Origin: Vicugna vicugna
Taxonomy: Eukaryota
Direction: 5' to 3'
DNA: 64,000 bases
Assembly: GCA_013265495.1 (NCBI GenBank)
Contig: MU058337.1
Span: forward strand, 1,792,777 to 1,856,776
Below are positions 1 through 12,620 of the stretch, one piece after another. The notes under the pieces were generated by a model that worked only from the letters and a program-made list of their open reading frames with translations, had not been told where the DNA came from and searched no databases. The position numbers were made by a program, and so were the translations under genes. Numbering within the stretch: the stretch's first letter is position 1; each line of letters opens with the position of its first letter.

Positions 1-249
1 TGGCCAGGGGGGGTGGCCCATCCTGGCTGTAAGTGAGATGAGATGTTACAGAGATTATTCTGCAGGCAACGGGAGGTCATTAAAGGCGCCCCTGGTGGAG
101 CTACAGGGCGGCAGGTCTCAGTTCAAGCCGGGGGTGCTCCTGTTACCAGGAAGGGTGTCTGAGAGTCCACGCAGGCTTTCTTACCAGACGTGAAGTCGCC
201 AACGTGAGTCCAGGTCAGGAGCACTTAAGCTGTTTTCTTGGACACCTTT

Positions 250-600
250 TGGCAAAACCTTCTCAAAACACTGTTTTTAAATGTATAAAATAAAATACAC
301 AAGATTTCAAAGAAAACAATAGTATTTGAAAATAATTATGAAATAATGAAAAAAATACATTTTTAACACATAGTGGTCTGTGGGTTTCATTCTGAACACA
401 TGACTAATACATGACTAGTCATGGGTGTGTTTGACGAGCACAATGAGTATTTGGAGATGTCTGATATGAAACTATGCGTAATTTCAGTTAGGGACAAAGT
501 ACCAGGTACTTTTTGCTTGCATTCATCATTGAAGGAAGTGGAAAGGGAGGTGCAATTTTATTTGTTTCCCTGTCCAAATTCATGGACTTTCTGAATTCCA
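250..600. mobile_element. hAT-Charlie (Charlie1-like) DNA transposon fossil fragment
   Basis: Segments TTTTTAAATGTATAAAATAAAATACACAAGATTTCAAAGAAAAC, GACAAAGTACCAGGTACT and CCAAATTCATGGAC..CTGAATTC resemble the Charlie1 consensus as remembered; boundaries approximate. Confidence 0.6.
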
Positions 601-900
601 TTATTCAAATAGGAGACAGTCAGGTTTATAGGAGTCTACAAAGTATCATGAAAGGTCTTGAGTGACAATGACTAATCAGAAATATTCAGAAGACCCAGTA
701 ATCTATAGAGAGGGGCTAATATATACATATTTTTTTTTCCCCTGAGGTTTTCAGAGCATTTCAATAGAGAGGATTTAGGAGAGACTTTCTTTCCCTAAAT
801 CACACATTTCTAAAACAACTTTTACAAAAAACATGTTTTATTATTAAAAGAAGAAAAATAATGTGAAAAATTCAATTAAAAAAATCTTATATTTAAAAAT

Positions 901-942
901 AGAAAAAAGAAAGAAAGAAAGAAAGACAAGACAAGACAGAAG
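901..942 (+). repeat. (AAAG)n/(AAGAC)n simple repeat
   Basis: Directly visible AAAGAAAGAAAG...GACAAGACAAGACAG run. Confidence 0.85.
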
Positions 943-1690
943 ACTCAACCTGTCTTTTCATCAATTAGGGAAACATTAAGTAGATTATGGTGGTTCCTAC
1001 CTCAGAATACCAAAGTGTTTGATAAGGTTGTACTTTTGAGGGTTAGAAAAACCAAACCTTAATGATGTATACATACTCATTGAGCTCTACATTTCAAATG
1101 TTTCACTTCATTGTACATAGGTTATACTTCAATTTAAAAAAAAATAGTTAAACACAAACAATTAAATCTTGAAAGGTGAAAAATCAGAGGTGAGTAAGCA
1201 GGAGGGCAGGAAGTGGGAATTGATGCCACAGACAAAATGACGGGAAGAACTGGGGAAATTTAATTAGAACAGGAAAACTAGGGGTTACGGAGGAGTTTAT
1301 GGAAATAATTGAAAGGTTGTCATGCAAAATAGGTTAAAAAATTAAAGTCAAAGCGCCAGGCAAACATATTGCAACTCAAGGATGCAACACAAGGGTGACA
1401 ATTTAGGTTAAGTTGGTTTCCTCCCAAAATAATCAATTGCCTCAGTGACGTATTTAAGGAAAGACTGGAAGCTGCAACTCACAGGTTTCTAAAGACCTCG
1501 TTAGTAGGCGCAGTCACTGAGATCCTTTCCAGTTCAGCAATCCCCGGTTCTCTGGGGATTGGTGTGGGCTACTAGCGTATTAAGATTCCTGAGAGGTCTA
1601 TTTCTTGAAAAGCTCCAGTGTGCTCTCTTTCTGGAACTCAGATTCATCTGCGTGAAAGAGGATAAAAGGAACGTGCTCTCCGACTCCCAG

Positions 1691-1757
1691 GCTCGTACAG
1701 AAGCCAATCATCGCTGCCTAGATATTATAGGCCTTGCAGACAGCAATCTGTAAAGAA
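1691..1757 (+). other. Candidate internal exon of an unidentified + strand gene
   Basis: Acceptor CTCCCAG| at 1690 (alternative CTCAG| at 1641) and donor AA|GTATGT at 1758; one open frame reads SYRSQSSLPRYYRPCRQQSVK and is phase-compatible with the 3340 candidate exon. Protein not recognised. Confidence 0.3.
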
Positions 1758-1870
1758 GTATGTGCTAAGAGTAAATAGGAAGTAAGTCTCTAAAATCTGA
1801 GGAAATTCAGTAAATAGTTTAATGGTCATCATCTTGGGTTCAGGAATTGCCAAACATTTGTACATACAAT

Positions 1871-2100
1871 TTTTTGAAATTGAAGTATAATTGATTTACA
1901 ATATTGTGTTAGTTTCAGGTGTATAGCCAAGTGATTCAGCTATACATTTATATATTTTTTTCAGATTTTTTTCCATTACAGATTATTATAAGATATTACA
2001 ACACAGCTCCCTATGCTATACAGTAAATCCTTGTTATTTATCTATTTTATGTATAGTGGTATATATCTGTTAATCTCATAATCCTAATTTATCCCTTCCC
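1871..2100 (-). mobile_element. L1 3' end fragment (cetartiodactyl type)
   Basis: TTGAAGTATAATTGATTTACAATATTGTGTTAGTTTCAGGTGTATAG...TCCCTATGCTATACAGTAAATCCTTGTT, homologous to the other L1 3' ends in this window. Confidence 0.85.
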
Positions 2101-2292
2101 CAAATAATTTTATTAAGTAGTAAAATCTAGTTTTACAGTGTATCCTAAAATGAATTGTAATTGAAGACTGAAAACTTTACTTGAATATTAATATCAGCAA
2201 TGAACTTCCAAAATTTTGGGCAGGATAGTCATATAGTGTAATCCAATTATTTGCTGCAGTATTTAGGTTGGTTTGACAGATCTGAACTGTCT

Positions 2293-2466
2293 GGGGTGGG
2301 ATATAGCTCAAATGGTAGAGTGCATGCTTAGCATGCACAAGGTCCTGGGTTCAATCCCCAGTACCTCCTCTAAAAATAAATAAACCTAATTACCTCCCCC
2401 ACCCTGCCAAAATAAAATAATTAAATAATGCAATAAAATATACAAAAATAAAACATAAATTAAAAA
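2293..2466 (+). mobile_element. tRNA-Ala-derived SINE (camelid Vic-1 type)
   Basis: tRNA-Ala(AGC)-like head with A box (TAGCTCAAATGG) and B box (GGTTCAATCCC), then AAATAAACCTAATTACCTCCCC and an A-rich tail; perfect 10-bp TSD TGAACTGTCT at 2283-2292 and 2467-2476. Confidence 0.92.
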
Positions 2467-3339
2467 TGAACTGTCTAGTGTTGGCTGTATTGTATGAGAT
2501 GTCATACTTGTATACATACACATATATATATGCATAATTGTGATTCAGTTGGGCTAGACATTGATAGAAAATAAGGTAAAATTTTGAAATTCTCCTAATG
2601 TTGGTATTATTTGCTGATCCATTCAGCTTCTTAAGTAGTAACATAGTATTGTTTCAATAGCAGTTCTTAGACTAGATCAAATTCGGGTTGAAGAGTAAGG
2701 TCACAGTGCCGAGATTCAAAATGTGTCAGATGTTAAACCATCAGGGATTTGGGAAGATGGAAAGACGAGACTTCTGATGTGACCTGATGTAGCTGAGTAA
2801 CTCACAAAGTCACAAGTCAGTTTGTGACTATAAAAGAGACATCTGATTGGATTGTCATGCTCTAGGTTTAATGGAGTGTTGCAAGGACTTTGACACAAAC
2901 CATTACCCACTATTTACTTATTCAAGGCAGAAACCTACTGGAAAATTGAGTGAAATTATCCATACTTTAACAGCTTTGAGCAGATTGCATTATGATCAAG
3001 ATTTCTAAAACACACCTTTCCAAAGACCTAGGCATTAAATACTATTGAGTTCTGTTAGAGTACTGTAATTGTCATGTTTTACAAGGTTGTTTCTATCCCT
3101 GGAACATGAAGTAACATTGTGTAATTGTGGGAGAACTTAATACCGGCAGTTGGATCTGTGATTTGTCAGTCACTGTGCTATTTGGAAGGAAACTGTTAGC
3201 CCAGAAAGTCAGTCAATTTTCACACTGTTCTTTTCTCGACAGTCCTGTTTTACTTCCAAATTCCCAACATTTGTTCTTTATGTGAGTTCCTCGGGCAGAA
3301 TTACATAGTAAACCAAACATGAATTTTCTTGTGTTTTAG

Positions 3340-3404
3340 GCTAATTGAAAGAAAGCTTTTCAAATAAGACATAATAGAACTCGCAAACTTGGAGAACAGT
3401 TCAG
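3340..3404 (+). other. Candidate exon carrying the stop codon (..KLIERKLFK*)
   Basis: Strong acceptor TTTTCTTGTGTTTTAG| at 3339; frame continuing from 1757 gives LIERKLFK then TAA at 3365-3367; weak donor CAG|GTGCTA at 3405; AATAAA downstream at 3729-3734 and 3949-3954. Confidence 0.3.
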
Positions 3405-3489
3405 GTGCTATGTTTTTTTAATCAGTTGCTAACATTACGTGGGAATGTGCTTAATCAATTAAAGCTGTGTTTAAAATGGTCTTTTCAGA

Positions 3490-3624
3490 GTGATGGAAAT
3501 GTTAGCTCTTTTGATTGTGGTGGTGGTTTCATAGCTGTAGCATCTATCAAAATTCATCAAATTGTACATCTGAAATAGATGTAGTTTACTGTCCAGAAAT
3601 TAAACCACAAGAAAGTTGTTTTAA
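3490..3624 (+). mobile_element. Old L1 (L1M-type) 3' terminal fragment with 17-bp TSD
   Basis: GTGATGGAAATGTT...TTGATTGTGGTGGTGGTTTCA...CAAAATTCATCAAATTGTACA matches old L1 3' ends; flanked by AAAATGGTCTTTTCAGA (3473-3489) and AAAATTGTCTTTTCAGA (3625-3641). Confidence 0.75.
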
Positions 3625-5453
3625 AAAATTGTCTTTTCAGACCCTATAAGGTTATAATGTACAACTCAAATGGAAGAAATCGACAAATATTAATGTAGAA
3701 TTGGAAGAGAAAATTTTTAAAAAATATTAATAAAATGTTTTCCAAAGACTCTTTTAGCCAAAACATTATATAAACTGCTTTACTGACAAATGTGGTATGT
3801 ACATTATATTATACTATCCTTTAATTAATGAATACAATATATAACAACAGATTTTTATGACGTTTTCCTTAATTTTTCAAACTTGCATATTTTTATTTGC
3901 TTTGAAGTATCTTTGAAGAAGAGTTTTGCAAAAATGAACCAGTTTAATAATAAAGAACTGCTGATGATCTAAAATTTAATCACTAGTACTATGATCTTTG
4001 TCCCAGAATAATCTTTTGATTCTAGTTTCCTCATCGTTTGAGAGTCTGGCACACGTTTTAAGATAAAATTAATTTTTTCATCATCCAGTCTAGTGGTATC
4101 AAGATGCAGCCTAAGGTTAATCATATCAGTCAAATACCCAACTTGAGACAAATTCCACTGGAAAGCTCTTCAAACATCAGCAGTGACATTTGAGGTAATT
4201 GCCAAGCTCAAGCACCAATTTAAATGAAAGGCTACCTCCGTCTGCTATGTTCTCTTTTCTCTAGTCGAGCATTATAATGTTAAAAGCATCAAAGTACTAT
4301 AAGGTGAATTAATAATGTGGCATTTTATTGATTGCCTATATATTCATTGGAGAACTCGATTTTCAGCCTGGAGATTTTATGGCAAGACCGTTTCTAAACA
4401 TACATTGGGCAAAGTTCTGAAAGCTGTTGTTTTTTAAAAATGCTGTTTACAGGGCAGTGAATTCTGAAGTGCTCTTTGGTCTTCTTTGAGCCATGTATTC
4501 TGCTTCTAAAATTATACTCATCACAGAGTTTTTCAGACAGGGCCACCTAGTGAGCCTTCAAATGGCTATTAAAGCCATAATCCAGGAGATTACAAACAGG
4601 CTACTATCTCTTAATATATTCCGGTAGACTGAATGGGAGCAGCTGGGAAGAAACTAACTGAAATGTGACTTATACCATTGACAGGTTAAGGCTTTTTATA
4701 TGAAACAACTTGATAGGTGTTTAATAGATATGACATTTTACAATAAGCTATTTTTATACTTTTAATATGTTGATAGGCTCCAGTCAGGGATTATATAAAT
4801 TTAGTGCATTCACTAATGAAAATAGGATGTATATGAAGAAAGGAAGACCAAAACGTACAATTCCAGACAAAGAAATTAAGCAATGAAATAGGGAGAAAGA
4901 GGAGGGAGAGGTTTTGCCTTCAAGCTGTTGTTGTGGGAAGTGAACTGGGTAAACAGGTACTTGTCACTGAAGCTGTATCTTGCATTCCTATCATACCCAA
5001 AGGCTGGGAAAACATCCTCTCAAATTAAGGTTTGCGGGCTGGCCCCACCCTGATTTGAGTTCTGGATTGGTTTTCAATGCCAAGTGTTGAAATGATAAAG
5101 TGGATGCTGTACTTTCATGTCATAAATAATATTTGTGTAATTTCCTGATTATGAGGGTTGTATACGTTGAGAGTACAGTGGATTAAACATGGAGGAAGCC
5201 AACAAGAAAATTCAGCACAGCCCTAAAACCCACCCCCAGCGTTTCATCTTGCTGCAAGTCATACATATAATTATTTTACTTAAAATAATTCTTCTAAGAT
5301 TTGCTTTGATTTTAGTTGTCTAAAAGCATGTTCCCTCTCCAGGACAGTAAGAGGGCAGTGAGGGGATGGCATCCTGGTTCTTCACCGTTCTCACTAAGGT
5401 GACGGGCTGTGTGCTGTATCTTCTAGAAACTCCTGGGCTGGCCCTAGTGGTGT

Positions 5454-5480
5454 TTTGTTTGTTTGTTTGTTTGTTTGTTT
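5454..5480 (+). repeat. (TTTG)n microsatellite
   Basis: Directly visible. Confidence 0.9.
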
Positions 5481-6566
5481 TATATGTAGAACGCTTGGAC
5501 GTCAGTTAAAATACGTTCAGGGGCAAATGGTAATCCCTGTTTAAGAGACGTGGACCGAGAAGTCTTCCTTTACTTCACTTAAAGGTCAGTCATCTTTCAG
5601 GGTGGTTTGTGGATGGTTTCAGGCCTCTGGGTTCACTTCCTTTCAGTCTTCTCCAGATTGTCTCAAGATGGCTGTTGCTACAAATGTTGTGGATTTCCAC
5701 AGCCCTCCCTAAAGGTGGGAAGACAGTGTGGCGGGGACAGAGGGACGCCTTGGGATGGGACAAGAGTTCTCCTCTCATCAGAGAAGAAGGTCTTTCCAGG
5801 AAGACATCCAGATGGCATCTCTGTAATTGGTCAGAAGGGGGCCTGACCCCATTCAACAAACTGGGTAAACTGAGCAAAAGGGCAAGAGAGGCTTGTAGAA
5901 AAGGACAGTACCCACCACAGCTCACCCTCCTAGCTCAGCAGATGGTCATCAGAGCCGTGTCACGGTCCTAGTCCCTGTCAATTTACCTAACCACAAGCTC
6001 AATTTCTGTTTCCAGCTTGATTTTTCTTTAACAAATGAGAAAGATCTTCCAAAACTTAAAACAATAAAAATATCTCAACCGATTTTTTTCAGGACTCCTT
6101 ATTTTATACTGTCCTACTTACTATTTCTTAAAATGTGAGAAATAAGTATAAATGAATGAGAGACTGAGTGAAACCTCTAATTACAGAAAAGATTTAAGGT
6201 ATTTTTTTTATAAATCTATGTATATTTAATAAAATAGTGAAAAATTAAAATGACAAATGGTGGAGATTTAAGGGTTGAAAAGTAAAGTTCTACCAGACAT
6301 AAAAATGATAAAATTGGAACACAAAAGGCATGCCAAAGACTTCGATACATTTGTTTGGAGTGTGTCACAAATTTTGCTCTAAATTTCTTAGCACAATACA
6401 CATATTTAAATAATTGTAGCTTGATACTGAGATTGGTAAGATTTCTTCCATGAATTCCCACTGAGATCACACTACTTAAAATGGATCTCATCCTTGGTAA
6501 CATTCTTAGAATAACCATTACTTAAAACGTCTATTAAGACATTCTCTTAAGACATCTCCTAATATT

Positions 6567-6677
6567 AGGGTTCCAATAACCTTCAAATAGGGACCCTTTT
6601 GAAAGAGAAGTTAATGATATCAACAAGACAAGTGTCATGGGGACCATCCTGGACCATCCATGACGTAGTGCTGCCCT
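6567..6677. mobile_element. MER81/MER94-like hAT-Blackjack MITE fossil
   Basis: AGGG...CCCT termini with internal GGGACCCTTTTGAAAGAGAAG and GGGACCATCCTGGA, resembling the remembered consensus; degraded. Confidence 0.45.
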
Positions 6678-6722
6678 TCCAGTCCCAGATGGAGCCATCA
6701 CTTAAGAGGAAATAACTCACAT

Positions 6723-6724
6723 AC

Positions 6725-6755
<31 letters not shown>

Positions 6756-6930
6756 ACATAAACAAGGACCTACTGTACAGCACAGGGAACTATATTCAAT
6801 CTCTTGTAATAAGCTATAATGGAAAAGAATCTGAAAAAGAATATATGTGTAACTGAATCTCTTTGCAGTACACCTGACACTAACACAACGTTATAAATCA
6901 GCTGTGCTTCAATAAGAAATAAAAATACAA
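6723..6930 (+). mobile_element. L1 3' end fragment with expanded (TA)n
   Basis: AACAAGGACCTACTGTACAGCACAGGGAACTATATTCAA...TACACCTGACACTAACACAAC...CTTCAATAAG plus A-rich end. Confidence 0.85.
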
Positions 6931-7259
6931 GGAAACATCTCTAGGCCATTCTTGCCCCTAATCCCCACAACAGATGTTTCAACCCTTTAGTATTCTCTCT
7001 AAACTCTCCAACCCCCAACCCACCTTGCTGTGCTGGGCACACAGCCTCATCTCTCACTTCAAGTGTGAAACTAAAATTACTTGGCAGCACTCCTTTCCCA
7101 GGACTCCCCCTTCCTCTCCGGCTGCCGTCTCCAAGCTTTCTCACATCCTCTCCTGTCAGAATGTCAGTAGGCCTTAGCTCTCCATTCACCACTGTCACTT
7201 CTTTGAAGAAGCTTGGCTGGCTCTGAAGCAATGGACAGAGTCTTCTAGGCTCATCTTCA

Positions 7260-8530
7260 ATTCCTTCCTTCCCTTCTCTGCTCTGCTGGCTACCATCTAG
7301 CTTTTGCCTCTAACGCTCCACAGAAATTCCGAGAAAGCCCACCCATCCCAACTCAAGGTCGCCCTCTGCCAGGTAGCATTCTTGGTAACTCCCTCCTTTA
7401 AGTCCCTCCTTTCTTCATCTTCTGTCCTTCTGCCCCACCACACCCTCTGCTCCCACTCTGTCTTCTCCGATCACATCTTCTGGTTTTCCACCCTCGAATT
7501 TCTTCTGCTTGTCCCTTATATGTGGCGTTCAACACAGTCAGTTCTGCCTGGTGGTTAGAATGAAGACCAAGTCCAGATCATGTGGGGTTTGGTTCCTCCC
7601 TGTGCCATTTACTACACATGTGACCTTGGGGGAATACTTTATCTACCTGGTTCTCAGTTATTTCAAACTTAAAAAGGATGCTAAGGATGTACTTATCTCC
7701 TATGCCTGCTGTGAAGATTAAGCAAATCAAAGTACATAAAATACATAAGGCAAAAAAAAATGGAGGCTTCTAAATTTTTTTAAAAAATAAAATACATAAA
7801 GCACACAGAGCTCTATATAGCTATTAATTTAAGAACAAAACAAACAAAAACCAGATTTTTCCCTCTTAATTCTGTTCTCTTTGTTGCTAATCTTCCTGGA
7901 TGAACTAATTGTCTCAAGTGGCTTCTTCTTTCAACTAGAGACAGATACGCTGGGCCGCCCACTCCAGCCCACACCGCCTCCTTGAGCAATAGATTCCAGC
8001 TGATGAACAGGCATCTTCACTCACCTCCAGAATGAACGTATTTCCCCGCACCGTCACCAGAACCGGTAGTCTTTTCTTAGTTTCTTTCTTGGCAGAAGGT
8101 GTCCAAATGCACCAGCTTGGATCTTGGAAATCATTTTTCATTCTTCCTCCTTCCCAAATCTGATCAGTCATCGAGTCCTGTCAAATTCACTGACATCACA
8201 TCTCCTGCATCTCTCACCTTCCTTCCATTCCCTCGGCCCCTCCCTAAATCCAGACACTCACTAAGTCACCCCTGGGTTATGAGATCAGAGCCTCATTTGT
8301 CTCCTGTCTCCTGGCCTCCAATCTTACTCCTCTGTGCTTCATTCTCCATGGAGCTACTGTGGGGATTTGACCTGACTCGAGAGCTGATCAGATTACTCCC
8401 CTTTTAAAAGTGATTCATAGATTACTAATAGTCTTCAGGATAAAGTCCAAAGCCTTTAGTATCGCTCGTCTGATCCTTCGTAATCTGTGTCCTCTACTCC
8501 TACAGCTTCATTTTTTGACACTTCTTCCCT
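7260..8530 (-). mobile_element. L2 fragments with nested MIR (~7545-7750)
   Basis: Pyrimidine-rich L2-like text (e.g. GTCTTCAGGATAAAGTCCAAAGCCTTTAG) and MIR core (CCATTTACTACACATGTGACCTTGGGGGAATACTT...GTGAAGATTAAG). Confidence 0.6.
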
Positions 8531-9369
8531 TGAAATGTACTCTTCAACTAAAGTCATGCACATATGGAGTCCATAGGTTCTCATCCTACTGAATTAACTT
8601 CCAAGTGAATTTTTATCGAGAGACTGTTGTCTCCAGCTGATACAGTTCACCAAATTATTGCTTGTCTAAATGTTTATGTAGCACAATTGAATTGTGAACT
8701 GTTTACTTTGCATTTTTTATTTACTTGAAATAATATCATTGGGAAAATTGTCTTTTGTGTTAATTTTATACTTGATACTTGATTTATTAATTAGGCATCT
8801 CAATTATCAGAGTCCCTAACACATTCTTTCACAAAATTACAATTTCTAATTCATTTTTCTTCTAGCGTAAGATTTGTGTTGTACCTGTCACTTCTTTCAA
8901 GTATTTTTTTTCTCTGGGTAGAATTTTGGAGATTAAAATTTACCATGTTTAGGTCTAGCCCTTATTAACATTTTAGTTTTATTCATTATGATTTCCAATA
9001 CCATTTATTACGAATAGAATCAAAACCTTATTCCATATATCTTCATTTAATTCAAAAGACTACTATGAACAGTTCTTTCAGGTGTTCCAACGTTGTCCAG
9101 AGTGGTGAGATGTTCTGCTGTGTTGATAATCTATCTCTTTTGCACGTGTCCTGTTTTGTCTGACACAAACTTGCCATCCATATTTTGGCAGAACACAGGG
9201 CAAGGAACAGGGTTAGAAAGACAAGGTCAAACTATCAAAATAACGCAGTCCAAATGGTGGGTTGGAATGCGAAAGCACAAATGTTCCTTTTCTGTATTTG
9301 CTGTACCGTGGCTCTCCCTTGTTCTCGCCATCACAAGTTGTTCTCTTCCTAGAATCTCTCTGGTCAGTT

Positions 9370-9720
9370 AAGACTCATACAATTGAGAGTGAACAAAACT
9401 GATTCAAATAAACATAAAAAGAAAATTCATCTATTTGCTATCATTAGAGCTTTTCTCTCTCAACGTCTATGACAAAAATCTCAAGAAGTGTTTCTGATTG
9501 GTCCACCGTGGGTCATGTTCTCACCCTGGACCAATCACTGTGGCAGAAGGATGGGACACCGTGGTGGACCCTTCTTGCATTGTGTGCTCACCTGTGTAGC
9601 AGAGAGGCTGGGAGGTGGGAATGTTGGCTGGAGAGATGGTGGAGGAGCAATGCAGAAGAAGGATGCTGTCTCCAGAAAGAGAGGAATGAGTGATGGAGAA
9701 ACAGCAATAATTTGCTGCAC
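9370..9720 (-). mobile_element. Old MaLR LTR fragment (MLT1J/K-like)
   Basis: TCTGATTGGTCCACCGTGGGTCATGTTCTCACCCTGGACCAATCACTGTGGC is typical of late MLT1 LTRs. Confidence 0.5.
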
Positions 9721-9864
9721 CTTCTGCTTACCACTCCTATTTGCTCCCTAAACACTTTATACGTTTTCTCAGTTATTATAACAAAATATGGTAATTCTTT
9801 TGAAACTTGATTATCTTTCCCACTAGTTGAGACTACCTTTAAGTTGGGGAAAATTGTTCACTTT

Positions 9865-9923
9865 AAAAAAATTGTATTTATATTTTTTATTTAAGTATAG
9901 TTGATCTACAGTGTTGTGTTACT
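9865..9923 (-). mobile_element. Extremely 5'-truncated L1 insertion
   Basis: TTTAAGTATAGTTGATCTACAGTGTTGTGTTA (L1 3' terminus, reverse orientation) flanked by perfect TSD TTGTTCACTTT at 9854-9864 and 9924-9934. Confidence 0.8.
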
Positions 9924-12583
9924 TTGTTCACTTTTTTTAACCTACTGCTCAGAAAAAAGCAAGTGATCAATCATATCTATGAACAAAGTAGGGGAAGTTT
10001 GGGAATTCATTGTTTTAAATTAGTTTCTACCTGACCCACGAAACTCCGTTCTTAATTGACCAACTCTTCTCTGGAGAATTTTTTCATCTCAGATTCACTT
10101 GGCACAGTTGCATTTAATTTTAAGGATGACAGTTCCAACTGATCATGAAATGACTTAGTAGGAAGAAAAATTAAAAAATAAAGATGAGCCCCCACGTTTG
10201 GCAATTTTTGAGCCTTAGAGAGAAAGTAACCAAGAAAGATGTAGCAATGAAGAGAGGAGAACAGAAATTATTTTTCTTTCCAGTTGCTTGAAATATTATG
10301 TACCACAGGGACACCATCTTTTTGAAAGATAGTCTAGTAAAATGTTAAATTTGAGGAATGAAGGGGATAAGTTATCACCAGGGTTGATAAAAAGCAATGA
10401 CTGTCAGCCATTTTAGACAGAGATAACATTTTTGCAACCATTTTAAGTCATTGCCACACGTAAGGTGAAGCCGCCTATGGAAACCACCAACAAAGGAATA
10501 AACCTGCCACCAGACAAGATTTACAGCCCTGCCAGGCAATGAACTCAAAGGTCACTCCTGAATTAAGTTACCTTTGTATGACTTTCTGTTCTGGGTGTGA
10601 AAATACACAGGCTGGTGAAATCCATTAAACTACAGCTGACAGCAAGAGGGGTTCATTAATTCAGGAGTGGGAGTAGGTTTGCCTTTCTGCAAAAACCTGG
10701 TGGGAATGTGATGAGCATGGTCTGGTTCTTGGCGCCAAATGGAGCATTAAAATAGAAGACGGCTGTGGGAATAAAACCGGGGACTAGAACCTTTGCCTAA
10801 AAATAGTCTTTGCCTGAACAGGCTGCGGGGTGGCCAGGGAGAAATCACATTTGTCACAGTGCACGACGGCTTTGTGATAATTACTTGGTGACAGGAACTC
10901 GCCAACCACTCCCAGTGTCCGCTGGATAAATGCGGTGTCAGGGCAGTGGTTCCATCGCCGCAGGTGGTGGAAGCTGGCGTGGCTTTGCACTGAGTCTGGG
11001 TCTGCTCCGGGCTGAGGTCGGGGCTCCTTGTGCCGAGGAGGAATTCACCCTTCCCTGGAGCCAGCTTTGATAGTAACAGAACTATTCCATTTCCTCCCCC
11101 GAATGAAGTCTGATGCTGTGCCTCCATGGTTTACCATTTTAAGGGACGTGTTTAATGAATAGGTTGCTAAACAGGGGACTTGGGAGGCTGCCTGCTGTCA
11201 CTGGTGAGAAGTGGGCCCCAAGATGGGAGGACCCTGTCCTCCTTGCTCGTGGGCAGACCCCGTTCCCCACAGGACGCTGCTCTGCTGACTCCGGAGGGGC
11301 AAAAAGCTGTGCTTGTTCAGAGATGTTCTGGGAGTGGCTTGAGAATGATGACCACGCGAGAGAAAACAAGCAAGAGCTGAAGACAGCCATCAGAAGCCTC
11401 TCTTGCAAACCATCTTTTCCAGAAAGAGGGTGACATTTTCCAGCTGGAGAGGGAGAGGGACCCTGTGGTGATGGACGAGTCTGAAAGCAGGAGAACCAGA
11501 TTGGAGCGGAGGGCTTGTCAGGGGACACCTAGTGAAGATTGAAGTCTCAACAGGCAGTTCTTTTTGTTGTACAAGGAACAGCTCAAGCCAAGTGGACCTT
11601 CAAGTTCATTTCCTTATTGACATGGCTCTGCCCTTCAGGAATTAATCCTGGGGGTGCATCATAGACTCCCATAGCCTTCTGGAGGCAAGGAGGAAGGAAC
11701 AGAGAGAGCGCGGACATCTACAGCCTGGAAGGGGAGACCAGGGAGATCTAGAAGAGGGTCTTACTTTGGTTATTAAGTGTTTTGCAAGTTAGCTAAGTCT
11801 GTATCAGGGCTGAACTGAAAAGCGAACATATTCCTTTAGCCTAGCACATTTAGTTGCACTGGCAAAAGTGGAAGGAATTAGCCTCTGATATTTTCTGCCC
11901 CTGCTGTGCCTCTGGAAGCCTTCTGAGGCCAGTCCCATAGTCACAGGTGTGGCCAGCACCCACCACGTGCTCTGGATTTACTTCCCTCCTGCTCTGGGAG
12001 AGACCTCATTCGAGACACTTCCAGCAACGTCACCGCCCCACCGGCCCCTCTGCGTTCATTCAGACAAGTTGAATTGCCTCTCACTTGCAAAATTCGCTCC
12101 TCGAGTCTATCTCCCTTTCTCAACTATCGCCTGTATGCACAGACACTTACTCCCCGGACAGTTGGTCTGCGAGTGTGTGTGTTCTGGGGGTAGTAGGGGG
12201 TGGTGTTTTGAGATCTCAGAGATAACCCTGGACTATCTGCTCATCATAAAGATACTAACTGTGTAGAAGCACGTACACCATTTATCTTCCAACATGACGT
12301 CAACCCCATTTCCGTTGCTGGTGGTATTTGGTATCATTTATCAGTCGTTTTCTAGATTCATTTTAGATTTATCAGTCATTTTAATTGCTGCCAATCGGAT
12401 GAAAGAAAACAGTTGTCTCGTTGTTTTGACTCGTGTTTCTCTGAGAGCTGGTCAGTGTCTCTAATGAGCTTTTATATCATTCATATTTTTTTTCTGTGTG
12501 TTGCCTCTTCATATTCTGTGCCTAGTTTTTTTATTGACTTACAGCAGCTCTCTACATGTTATGGATATTAATTCTTTATATAT

Positions 12584-12586
<3 letters not shown>

Positions 12587-12615
<29 letters not shown>
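12587..12615 (+). repeat. (TG)n microsatellite
   Basis: Directly visible. Confidence 0.95.

Positions 12616-12620
<5 letters not shown>

Noticed and set aside
2293..2370. Apparent tRNA-Ala(AGC) genes (also ~17615-17690 and ~44600-44675)
   Set aside because: Each has a SINE tail, A-rich end and target-site duplication, plus substitutions; they are SINE heads, not tRNA genes.
10450..11100. Cluster of TF motifs (AAAGGTCA at 10547-10554, TTGGCGCCAA palindrome, TAAT sites)
   Set aside because: Short motifs expected by chance; enhancer function cannot be supported without conservation or chromatin data.
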